From contig MU054823.1 in the NCBI GenBank assembly GCA_013239625.1, positions 772,305 through 836,304 on the forward strand: a stretch of DNA of 64,000 bases, read 5' to 3'. Made by a program: the position numbers and the translations under genes. The stretch is from Lama guanicoe. Lineage: Eukaryota. Below are positions 47,601 to 59,600 of the stretch, one piece after another (position 1 is the first letter of the stretch; each line of letters opens with the position of its first letter). The notes under the pieces are model-generated. The model was given only the letters and a program-made list of their open reading frames with translations. It had not been told where the DNA came from and made no database searches.

Positions 47601-50600
47601 CCATCCCCCTGCTGCTGGCACACCTGGATGGTGAGGCCCAGGAGGTGGGCGGCGCTGCTCCTCCTCCAACCCTATTTTTGGCAGTCAGCATCAAGGCTGT
47701 CCCGTGAGGACCAGGGTTTTGAAATGGCCTCTGCTGTGGTTCAGGAAAAGGCCAGAGTGGTGGGGCTGGAAGGATACTGGCTGCTGGGTGTCACCTGGGA
47801 GCACATTGGATGTGGGCACAGCCCTGTGCTTCCTTGTGTTCTGGTGGATGGGGCGATGCCTAGGCCCGGTGGGGGTGCTGGGTGGGGCCTGGTGGGAGGT
47901 ACTGGCTGGGGCCTGAGCCTACTGGGAATGGGGGATGCTCCGAGCATCCATTCCTGCCTGTTGGGATGGGTCTGCCTGCCAGGCTGAGTGGATGCCTGGT
48001 CGTTTCAGGACATACTGAGAAAACACTGTCACAGAAAGAATGGGAAGAGAAGCTGCTGATGGTGAGAGAAGGCAGTGCAGGCTGTGCCAGGCACGGGGGC
48101 CTTGTCTGGCCTGGGTGGGGGGCGCTTGGGGCAGCAGTGGGGCTGTTCCTTTCCAGGGTCGTGATGCCTGCCTTGACCTAGAGATGTGGCCGGGGGAGGT
48201 GCAGAGGGACAGGTGGGTGTCTTTGGGGTGGGACTGGCTGCTGCCCTCACAGATTGTCCACTCTGCTGTGACAGGGTCAAATTTCAGGGGTTTGAGCTGC
48301 CCTGGCCGAGAGCGCCTTCTCTCCTGTCCCCTGCCCGGCTCTGAGCTGTCTGTGCTCCTGGTGTCTGACTACCCAGAATTTGTTTTGTCTGGGCTTGAAA
48401 GTTACCCATAAACTATTCAGAGTCATGGCACAGGACTGGGAGGTCACTGCATGTGACACTCTGGGCCTTGGGTCCCTCCCCAGCCAGTCCAGTGAAAGGC
48501 AGAGCTCCTGGCCCCTCACTGGTATGGCTCCTGCCCCCAGTTCCTTCAGGACACTCTGGCCGTTGTGTCTGACAACACGTGGATTTGCCAGCTGAGCCTG
48601 GAGATGTGCAAGCAGCTACCCAGCTACAATGGGATGCCCCAGGAGAAGGTGTGGGGGAGAGGCCACCCAGGAAGGTGTAGGGGAGGGGGCTGCCCAGGAA
48701 GGTGTGGGGGGATAACCTGCCAGGGGGTTTGGGCATAGTCCTCAGGCTCCGAGTTCCTGCTCCTTGACTGTGTCACTTCTGTCACCCTGCACCTGGCTCT
48801 GGTGGCCCTCGTGGTCTTGGCAGAGCAGGAGGAGAAGGCCCGTGAGCCTCCTCATAGTGACTGATGGCTGGAGATGCCGGAGCTTGCACTCCTCAGCCCC
48901 TGCCCAGAATTCACGTTGTCCTTGCAGTGGTCAGTGTCACGGGTTCCCAGTGGTCCCTCTCCCACGTCCAGCTGGCAGCGCAGACACCGCTGGGTGGTGT
49001 CTTGGTACGGCTGGGCGTCCCACTGCTGGGGAGCCAGGCACAGCACGTTCTCTGGCCTTGTTGCAGAACTTCCTGTATAAATGCATCGGAGCCACCCTGG
49101 GTGCTGCTTCCAGTAAAGAGGTGGTGAGGAAACGTCTGCAGGAGCTGCTGGAGACGGCCCGGTACCAGGAGGAGGGCGAGCGTGAGGTGGCTGTCATCGT
49201 CCCCACAGGAGCCCCGATGCCCGCAGGCTGGCAGACAGTGGCCACCCTCTGTCCTCTCTCAGGCTTTTAGCCAGCGTGTGCACGTGTGTGTGTGTGTGTG
49301 TGTGTGCGTGCGTGCGTGATGCACCTGCATGGTGTGCGCCTGCCTGTGTGCTCGTCCCCGTCCTTGCCCAGCTGTGAGCCCACCTGTGTGCCTCCCCAGG
49401 GCCTTGCCTGTTGCTTTGGGATCTGTGCTGTCTCCCACCTGGACGACACCCTGGCCCAGCTAGAGGACTTTGTGAAGTCGGATATGTTCAGAAAATCTGT
49501 TGGCATTTTCAACATTTTTAAGGTACAGAGGGTCAGGCTGATGGCTGAAGCGGGAGGTCTGGGGTGTGATTTCGTCTTAGCCGTGGCCCCCACATTTTGA
49601 GGTCCTTGGTGGGTTGGGGGTCATCCTGGGCCTTCCTGGGCTTGGTGCCTGGTAGCCTGGGGGTGGGGCAGGGAGCTGGCATCCGGCCTCTGTTAACTCG
49701 TTGGTGAGGCTGGGATGCATGGGATCCCTCCCAGCTGGCGACAGGGGTTTGCAGCCCTCTGCCAGCTGTGAGGGGCTCTGGGTGGCAAGGATGGGCGTGG
49801 TCCCCTTCCTGTCCCCACCCCCCACTCCACCCAGGTCTGGGCGTCCTCTGCCCCCTGGTGGCCAGGGGAGGCTGCATTCTTGCTGAAGCCTGATTTGGGA
49901 GGGTGGGCCCCCACAGCCCACCTCCACCCCAGCCCACGTCCCTCGGTAGAACTGTGTCTCCCCATGCTGGTCCCAGTTACACAGTCTTGGGGCTGCGTGG
50001 TGTGAAGAGGCCCCAAGGTTGGATGGGTTCCTGGGCAGCCACCTGAGCAAGGCTGGGACCCTGCCTCCCGACCCCCCAGCTCCTTCTCCTGTTTGTCCCC
50101 CACCCTGGTCCCCAGTGGGCTTGAGCCTGGCCGGCAGGACGGACCTGACCCACTGTTCCCGACAGAAGGACTCTGGTCGGGTGGCGCCTTTCAGGCTACT
50201 GGCTCTGCCCTTCTTCCGGAGGACATGGGGTTCGAGAGCCGGGCTCCCGCTGGGGGAGTGTGTGTAATGGAAGTTGTGCCGATTCCCCTGGCCTCTCAGG
50301 ATCGGAGTGAGAATGAGGCAGAGAAGGTGAAGAGTGCGTTGATCCTGTGTTACGGGCATGTGGCGGCACGGGCCCCCCGTGAGCTGGTGCTAGCCAAGGC
50401 GGAATCGGACATCTTCCGGAACATGTCCCAGTGCTTCAGCACCAAGGTGGGCGCCTCGGCCGGGTCCACAGACAGGGACGGAAGGAGGGGTGCTGCCACC
50501 AGAGCCCCACGTCTTAACTCATCTCACTTTTGTTGTTCAGGTTCTGGGAATAAAGGTAGAGACCAAGGTACAGTGTGTAGGAGTTAAGTGTGAGCTCTGC

Positions 50601-53600
50601 CTTTCCTCTGTCCTCTGGGCTGGGCTGTGAGCTTCTGGGGCAGCAGCCGGGGGTGCTCACTGGGGTTTCCTGGGCCCAGTCCGTGGGCAGAGCATTCGGG
50701 AACATCACTCCTGTAGTCTGTGCCTACTACCTAGGAGCAGCCCCTCCTCTTGGGGCCAGAGTGGGGGCCCTGGAGCTCCTGCTCTGACCCAGGCCCTGGA
50801 CGGAGGGCGGGAAGGGACGGGGAGGTGACAGGCTTGCAGGCTAGGGGTGGGGAGCCTCGGCCTCGGCCCCTCCTCTGGCTCCACTCTGATGCTCACGGGC
50901 TGCCCCACAGCAAGCACCTGGGAGAGGGGCGAGTTCGAAAGCTTGTGACAGTAGCCTCTGGTCTCACTAATGTATTTCCCTCTGGACTCTCTGGCACTAA
51001 CCTGGAGGCCTTCTCTGGGAGTGGCCGGGTTTTCCCCTTAAAGAGCAGACCCTCCTGGGTCTCCTGGGTTGGCTGGGCGGTGGGGATGTCTCATCTGTCT
51101 TCTGCACTGAGCCCATGAGAGGGAGCCCAGCCCTCCATGTCCCCAGACAGGCCAGCAGCAGCCCCACTCTGCTGGGGCTCTTCTTGGGCATGCCTCCTTC
51201 TCCTCCACCTGGGGGGACACCTCCAGCCACACCACAGGCTGCAGGGGATGCAGGTGGATAGAGCGTGGTGTCGGCCTGCAGTCAGTCATCTGGCCGGGCC
51301 CGTGACCTGGGGACCCCTGGGCCCAGGCCAGGCAGACAGCTAATGGCCACAGGGGTTCCCTCCCAGATGCCCCTTGGCCCATGTGGCTTTGACAAGAGCT
51401 TGAGGAGGACCAGCTGAGGCCCTGTGAGAATGGAGGGGAGTACGTTTCTGGCTTTGGAGGGGAAGGCAGGGCCTGTGGCCAGGCCTTGCTGCCATAGGCA
51501 GCGACCCTTTCTGGGCTCAGCCCCGTGGGCCGAGAGGGAGTGACTGCTACCTCAGGGCAGAACCACGTTGGGCAGAGGGCCTTGGAGGCCTCCTGCAGCC
51601 CAGTGTCCCTCCAGGACCCGGCCCTGAAGCTGTGCCTCGTGCAGAGTGTGTGCATGGCCAGCCAGGCCATCTGCAGCAGCACCCAGGGCAGCTCCTTCCA
51701 CTTCTCCAGGAAGGCGGAGCTGGTGGCGCAGATGATGGTGAGCGCCAGGCAGGGCCTGGCTGGGTCCCAGGAGGGCTGGACCACCCATGTGGGTTGAGGG
51801 ACAGAGGCGGCCCAAGCCAGCGCCTGAGTGGCAGGCAGGCTGTGCTCTGGCCAAGGGCTGTCACGTGGCTGCTTCCCTAGGAGTTCATCAAGGCGGAGCC
51901 CCCAGACTCCCTGAGAACACCCATTAGGAAGAAGGCCATGCTCGCCTGCACTCACCTGGTGTATCCTTTCCTCCGGGCACGCGGGGCCACCTGTGGGGCC
52001 ATCCATGTGCGCCTGGTGTGGGCTGAGCCCTTAACTCAGGCTCAGCTCCCTGAAGCCGGCGCTGGAAGAGCAGATGCAGGCGGACCTGGTCCACAGCTGT
52101 CTACACAGCGTCCTGGCTGTGCTGCCCGAGCCCGAGGGGGAGGATGGCCACCAGGAGGTATCAAGCATGTCCCTGCCCGTGGGGGCAGCAGGGAGGCCGT
52201 GGGGGTGGCGGGGTCACAGCAGGACTGGAGGCCTCTCTCGTTGCAGTCCCTGTACCTGGACACCATGCAGGCCCTTGAGGACTTGCTGACAAGCCTCCTT
52301 CAGCAGAACATGACCCCCCAGGGCCTACAGGTCATGGTAGAGGTGTGCAGCGGGTGTGCCCTGCCCTGGGGGACACTGTGGGGACAGTTTGGTGCTCTCT
52401 GCAAGTGGTGGGTGGTCTGTGAGCAGGCAGGCGTCACCCCCTCTTGTCTGGGCAGGTATGCGACAGGGGCAGACCTTGACCAGACGGGGCCCGGAGCCTG
52501 TCCTCATGTCCCTACCATTGGTCAGTGCTGGGACGGAAGGTGCCCCAGATGTGAGCTCCAGCCCTTCTGGGGCCACTGAGGTGGCAGAATGGGTGGGCAG
52601 TGGCCTGGGGTAGGACTTTTCCCCTTCTTGGAACACCTTGTTCCTCTGTAGGCCCAGCTCGCTCTGGGTGCACATGGGGTGGCCGTGGCCATGGCCGTGA
52701 GCCAGGCCAGCAGGATAGAGATGGGGCAGGGGTGCACTATGCAGGTGGCTTGCTCTCACCTGGCCCGCTGGCCCCCACACCCAAAAGGGTGGCCCGGCAG
52801 GGATGCTGACCTGCCCACAGTATGTAGGCTCCAGTGTCCCGTGCTGAGTCCGAGCTGGCGCCTGTGTGAAGCCCCCTCTTCCCCAGCACCTAAGCCCATG
52901 GATCAAGTCCCCGCGGGGCCACGAGCGGGGACGGGCCCTTGGCCTGAGCGCCTGCCTGCTGCGCTACTTCCTGGAGCACTTGCACGTCAGTGTAAGTACC
53001 CAGGAGGCAACCCACACAGCTGCTCCCCTGCCCTGGCCCATTCCTGTCCCTTGGCTTGGGGACCACTGCGTGCAGCCCTCACATCTCCGAGTGCCCCAGG
53101 CTTTCTGGCCTTCCTCCAGCTGCTGCCCTGGGCCCATCCTGCAGCCCCACCAGTCCCACGGTCCTCTATCTCAGGCCGTGGGTAGAGGACCTGTCAGGGC
53201 CAGAATTGTCCTCAGGAGCCCACTCCTTAGCTAGGGCTAACATGTGATGTGGTTCCCAAATGAGCAAAAGAATGATGGGTACCCCGGTGTGAAGGGAGAA
53301 AATGAGGGCATTCGAGGCAGAAGCAGCATTTCAAGCAAAGGCAGGGGGACCTGAACCCATGGGATGTTGTGGAAAAGGCAAACACTGTTTGGCTGTCAGA
53401 GTGGATGGGAAGGGGCTTGGTCCAAGAATCACACGGTTATTGTGTGTTTTGGTGTTTGCTAAGGTCAAGTAGCTCCTGATCCCTCTTTTCCAGAACTGCG
53501 CAGTTGTTCTTGTAAGGCCGTCAGTCAGGCGGATTTAGGGTGGACTGCACGCAGTGCTCACACGGTCGTGGCGCGGCTTGGATGGGGCGCGGGCCTGATG

Positions 53601-56600
53601 GGTTCTGCTGCTGAGCAGTAGCATGTTTGAATGTTCGGTCTCTCCATCCAGACCCCTCTGGCCCCTCAGGAGCACGTCCTGCTTGAAGTTTTGTTGCTGT
53701 TGTCAGTGTGATTTTTTTCTCCGATTGCATTTAAAATTGCTTATTACTGCTAGGCAGAAAACTGGATTTTTGGATACTTAGAAACTGGGTAGTTTGTAAG
53801 ATTTCCTTGTTATTTCTAATAAATTTTTAATCAGGCCTCTGTAATCTTCAGATTACAGCCACTGCAGTTTACAAATCCTGAGAATTTTGCCTTCCTCCCC
53901 AGTGCTCGCATGTGTCAGTCCGCGCAGTCTTCCGGGCCGCTGCGGCCTCCCTCCTAAGTGCAGTGCTGGGTTTGGCTGGCAGCACTTACTTTCCTATCCA
54001 TTCCAGAAGCACCGGTCTGTTTATTTTAATGAGGGCTTTTATCACAGACAGACAGAGAGCTGCTGTGGTCAGACACCTTCCTCTTGTCTGTTAGGACGCT
54101 CTAGATTTCTTCTCCTGTTGGTTTTCATACGTCCACACTTCTGCCTTGTGTGGCCGGATCTGCGGGCCTCGTGATGTCCTCAGCCTCCATGCACGTGTAG
54201 ACGGGCTTTTCCCACCCAGGTTCTCTCGTGGCCTGGTTTTCATGTAACCCTAGTCCAACTCGAGTTCATTTTTGTTCATGATAAGCGAGGCAGCCAACCT
54301 CACTAAGAGGAGCAGCAGCTGGTGATCTTCACCCGGCGCTCCAACGTCCCTCCTCCTGGAAACCCCTGTGGTGACCTGGGGAGAGCAGCAGCCTGGGAGC
54401 CCTGCACTTTCTTCAGGAGCCTGTGCTGGGCAGTGGGGGCTGCAGGCGCCTCCCAAGGAAGCCTCCTGGTGGCAGTGCGGTGGGGGCAGGAAGGCCGAGG
54501 GGCGTGTGTTGTGGGGGTAACGGATGTCCCCAGGCCTGGAGTGTAGGAAGCAAGGCCAGTTGCCGAGAGCAGGGTGGGGAAGGTTCTGGGGAGAGCAGAA
54601 ACGGCTCTAAAGACAGGGCCAGGACCCAGGCAGGACAGAAGGGATTCGGTGCAGCACCCCCCGACCTGGCAGGGGATTTGCTTTTAGGGAAGGGACCCCC
54701 TCCATGTGCGTCAGCTGAACCAGCAGAGCCCGACCGTCCCCGGGCCTGCACATACCAACTTGCCCAGCCCTCTTCTCCTCTTAGGGACCCACACTTGTGG
54801 GGTGAGGGTTGACCTCCAGGGGAGGAGCTGGACGCGGGCCATGCTGGCCAAAGGGATGGACAGGGGCTGCCCTCCTGGTCACACCCCTGCCCACATCTGG
54901 GTTCAAGAGGTACAGGTGGTACCTGCCCACCCAAGTGTCCCCAGCACCCCTCCCTGGCAATCCCTCCAGTGTCCCTGCAGCACCTCCCAAATCTGCCTCT
55001 CCAGGCTCTGGTGCCCTTCCACAACCTGGGCCTCCTCGTTGGCCTCTTCTCCCCACGGTGTGCGGACCTGTGGCCTGCCACCCGCCAGGAGGCCATCAAC
55101 TGCGTCTACTCCCTCCTCTACCTCCAGCTGGGCTACGAGGGTGAGCCCCTGGCGGGGCAGAGGGGCCTGGGGGTTGAGGGAGCAGAGTCTGGGCCCCTCT
55201 CCACGCTCCCTCCTGACTCTGCAGGCTTCTCCCGGGACTACCGGGACGACGTGGCTGAGCGGCTCCTCACCCTCCAAAGTGGCCTCGTGCACCCTGACCC
55301 TGCCATCCTCTTCCACACCTGCCACAGCGTGGCCCAGGTACCTGCCGGGCCTCCACTGAGGGGAGGGACCCCGGGCCACCTCCTCGCACCTCAAGTGCTC
55401 CGTGGGCACGAGCATGGGCAGGTCTTATTCGGAGAGCTAGCTGTCTAGCACCGCCTCCATCACCCTGCTGGACTCCCGGGGGTTCACCCTAAAGGCACAC
55501 CAAGAGGGTGCAGTCAGGACCCAGGACTGGGCTCCTGGTGCCAGCGGGCGGAGAAGGCTGCCCCTAGCCCACCCTGTTAGCCCCGAGCCAGGGCAGTGCT
55601 CTTATTCCATTCGGGGTTTGAAAACAGCCCCCAGGGGTCCACAGGCTTTCTTTCCTGCAGAGGAAAGAAGGGAAGGGGGTCCACAAGGCCTCTGGGAGGG
55701 TGGACTCAGCCATTGGGAAGCAGAGACCCAGCCCTGTCCAGGCAGAGCGAGAACTTCATGTCTGGGATCAGACTTCCTGGATAGTCAACCACTTTAATGC
55801 TTTTATTTCTTCTGTGTGTGTAGGGTAGCACTTTCCCTTTATCTGCTTTGGCTCCTGGTTGCTCTCTGTTATGTGAAGGGAGCGGCAGGGGCTCTTGTCT
55901 CTGCTGGGCTGGGGGGTCCCTGCGGGTCCGGGGCGGGACATGCTCCTAGATGCCTTCGACTCTATGCTAGAGTTTTAGAGTGGCAGCATCACCCCAGCCC
56001 ACCCCACTGGTCAGCGGGAGCCTTAGGGAGGGCACTCTGTCCTGGGCCCCCAAGCTGCCCAGGGACCACTTCCAAGCAGCCTGGGCCTGGAAGCCCTGAG
56101 GCTGCATCCTGGACCTGACCAGGCTTCATCCTGGGATGGGGGGGCTCCTATGCAGGAGCTCCTGAAGGCTTGCAGAGCCTGCAAGGGGATAGGAAGCTTG
56201 GGCCCCCCAGGATGTTGTGCCTGGAAGGGACACGGACCCCTGTCCGGCCAGTCTTTCTGACACAACTGTCCTCCTAGATTATTGCCAAGCGCCTCCCGCC
56301 AGATCAACTCATCAGCCTCTTGCTAACCTTGTTTGAGGGCCTGGGAGACTCCGACAAGAACTGCTCCCGGGCCTCCACGGTCATGATCAACTGCCTGCTG
56401 AAGGAGCGGGGCAACATGCTCCTGGAGAAGGTGTGGCCAGGCTGCGCGACGGCACGCTGTGGGCGGGGCCTGACAGGAGCGTGGAGGGAGGGGCTGGGGC
56501 GTGGCGTGGGCGTGGTTATATCAGACTGGCCCAGAGTGGGTGGGCGGGGCTGGATACATGGGGGCTTAACATCCAACTCGACTCCCACCGCTCCCAGGCA

Positions 56601-59600
56601 CAAGACCCCCGCCTGGTTGGGGTTTGGCCCTCGATGCCCTGTCCCTTGTCCCTGCGGGCCTGATTTGGACAGCTCTTCCTCTCCTGTTTGAAGACAGAAT
56701 TTGGCGAAAGTAACTGCTAAGAAAGTGAAGGAGGAAAAGGCAACTGAAAAAAACGCCGGTGCTGAGGTCTGTCAGTCGCTGGTGAGGACGCAGGTCCAGA
56801 GGGTCACCACGGAGGGCCCCACAGTGGGCCTAGTCCCGAGTGGCCGTGTCCAGGATGTTCGGGTGCTGCCCGCCCTCACCCCGTCACCTGAGTCCCTCTG
56901 GCTGTGAGCTCATGTGGCTGCCCACATGTTCCCAAAGTGGCCCGGGCAGCCACTGTGTCAGATGTGCTCAGGTCCTCGTAGGTCTGGACGTGAATCCTGG
57001 CGACCCAGTTAGCCCAGGGTCCCTGTGTGCCTGGAGGGAGATATACGCTCCCTGTTAAAGTGAGGCATACCTGCAGAAAAGGGGGTTTGTCCTAAGTACA
57101 CGGCCTTGGGGGTTCCCACAGACGTGGGTTCCCACAGACGTGCAGGAGCTGAATCACCAACTCCAGAGCCCCTCGTACCCCCAGCTGACCCCCCCCCACA
57201 GGGTGCCAGCACCCCTGAAGTACAGAGTGTGGCCTGGGATGTACCTTACGGGGAAGATGCCCTCATGTCTGGCCCCGCACGGCAGTAGCCTGTGAGACCA
57301 CGTGCATTTCCTGGGCCTGGCCCAAACGTCCCTCTGTCTCCGTACGCATCACTCCTTCGTGTGTCACGCTCACTCGCTCGCCTGCTTCAGTGACCTTGGG
57401 CAGTTCCTGATCTGCACTGTCTTGAAGATGATGCCAGAGTCCAGCTCCTCTGGACCTGACAGGCATTTTGGTTGGAGACACAGCCAGGAGAGAGCCTGGG
57501 GCCTGTGGGAGAAGCCACTGTGCAGCTGTCCCAGGGCTGCCAGATGGCGTTCCAGACGGGACAGTTCTCCCACTGGCCCCACGTGAGGCTCTGGCAAGCC
57601 ACGTCCTTGCCAACACCGTTTCTGTCCTTTCTAATGGGTGTGGGGCAGCTTCACGTTAGAGCTCTGTTTGCCTTTCTCTGGTGGCTTAGGAAGTGGAACA
57701 CTTTTGCACCTTTCCTAGCTACTCAGACATCCTCTTCTGTGCAGACACCAGCCTTGCCCATTTTTCTTCTGTGCTGGCTTGTCTGTGCTTTTTTATTGGT
57801 TTGTGGAAGCACTTTTTTGTGAATATTGTGAATACAGTTCTGTAGTGGGTGTATATAGTGCAAATATTTTCTCGGCGAGGGGTGAGCAGGAGTTGCCGAT
57901 GGAGAGGAGGGGAGAGCTTGGGAGGGAGAGCCATGTGCTGATGCAGCCATGTGTGGTGTGGCACCTGGAGAGGAGGGTGTGCCTCTCGGGGCCCTCAGCC
58001 CGGGGCTGAGGGTGTGGGGGTGTCAGGCCAGTCGGACCTGGGAGTGGAAGGGGGTTGGGAAAGGAGGACGGGGAAGAGGGCACAGCTGTGATGGATAGTC
58101 AGGGTTTGATGGGTGAAGGTTTGGATTTTATTTTGCACTCAGTGGGGCTCCCAGTTCGGATCAGAATGGTGGGAAGGTGCCCTGGTGGCTCTGTGCGGGT
58201 GGAAGGGGACGGGCCAAGCTGCAAGCGGTGGCCACCGGTGGTCCCGGTGTATGTGTGTATACACTGCGTCTTCTTTACTCTCTCATCTGTCCCTGGACAC
58301 TTGTGCTGCTTCCGCCTCTTAGCTACTGTGGATGATGCTGCCGGGAACATGGCTGGATGCATATCTCCTTTAGATCCTGGCTTCTTCTGGGTAAATACCC
58401 GAAAGTGGAATTGCAGGATCACATGGCGGTTCTAGGTTGAGGTTTATGAGGACCCGCTACACGGCTTTCCATAGTGGCTGCCCAAACTGCATCTCCATGA
58501 ACGGGGCTCAAGGGCTCCGTTTCTGCGCGTCCTCGCCAGCTCTTGCTGCTGCCTGCTTTTCTGATAGTAGCGGTCCTGAGGGCTGTGAGGCGGTCTCTCA
58601 TGTTGGTTTCGACTTGTGTTTCCCCTGGAATTAGTGACGCCGAGCATCTTCCATATACTTGTCAGCCATTTGTACGTCTTCTTTGGAGGAATGTCTGTTA
58701 ATGTCCTTTGCCTGTTGTAAAATCAGGTTATTTCATTTTTTTGCTGTTGTTGAATTGTAGAAGTTCTTATATATTCTGGGTGTGACCACGTTATCAGATT
58801 TATGATTAGCAAATATTTTTTCCCATTCTGTAGGCTGCCTTTTCTGTCTTGATTGTGTCCTCTAATGCATAAAAGGTTTTAAAGTTTGATATAGTCCCAT
58901 ATGTCTGGGTTTTTTGAGGGGGAGGTAATTAGGTTTATTTACTTTCTTATTTATTTAATTGAGGTACTGGGGACTGAACCCAGGACCTTGTGCATGCTAA
59001 GCACGTGCTGTACCTCTGAGCGCCACCCTCCCCCCATGTCTGTTTCTGCTGCTTGTTTCTTGTGCTTTGGGTGTCACATCCGAGAAATCACTGCCAAGTC
59101 TAATGTCCTGAGGATTTTCCCCTGTTTTCTTCTAGGAGTTTCCTAATACTTTTGAGTCCCACCCACCCATTCTTGGTAAATCCAGGTGCTTCTCCCTGGG
59201 CCCAGCATCCTGAGGTGGATGCTGGCCTCTTGGAGCTGTGGGTCTTCTCCAGATCCACTCACAGACACTCTCAGCACCCCACTTAGGGGTGCTGTCCCTG
59301 AGCCTCACCTGGCGCCTGCCTGCAGCTCTCAAGTGACCTGGACGCTGGCATCCGGCCCCATGGGGGTCATGGCGGGCCACCGTTTTCTCTCCTGTCCTGA
59401 GAGGCTCTGGCAGCCAGCCTGTTGAGACACCTGGCCACTGTTGGACTTTGAATTCCTCTGAGATCAAATCAGAGAGGGGGTCCTAGCAGGTGAGCTGTTA
59501 CTGGACTGAGCCCCCTCCCCAGCACGCCGTGGTTGTAGAGGACAACGGTCTGGCAAGACCGTCCCTCCCAGGTTGGGAGGCAGGAGGAGCGTGCAGGGGA

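Noticed and set aside
51038-52006. 322-aa - strand ORF, and other long antisense ORFs such as 30946-31764 and 49577-50359
   Set aside because: They are antisense to GC-rich MROH1 exons and introns, with no domain similarity or promoter/poly(A) support.
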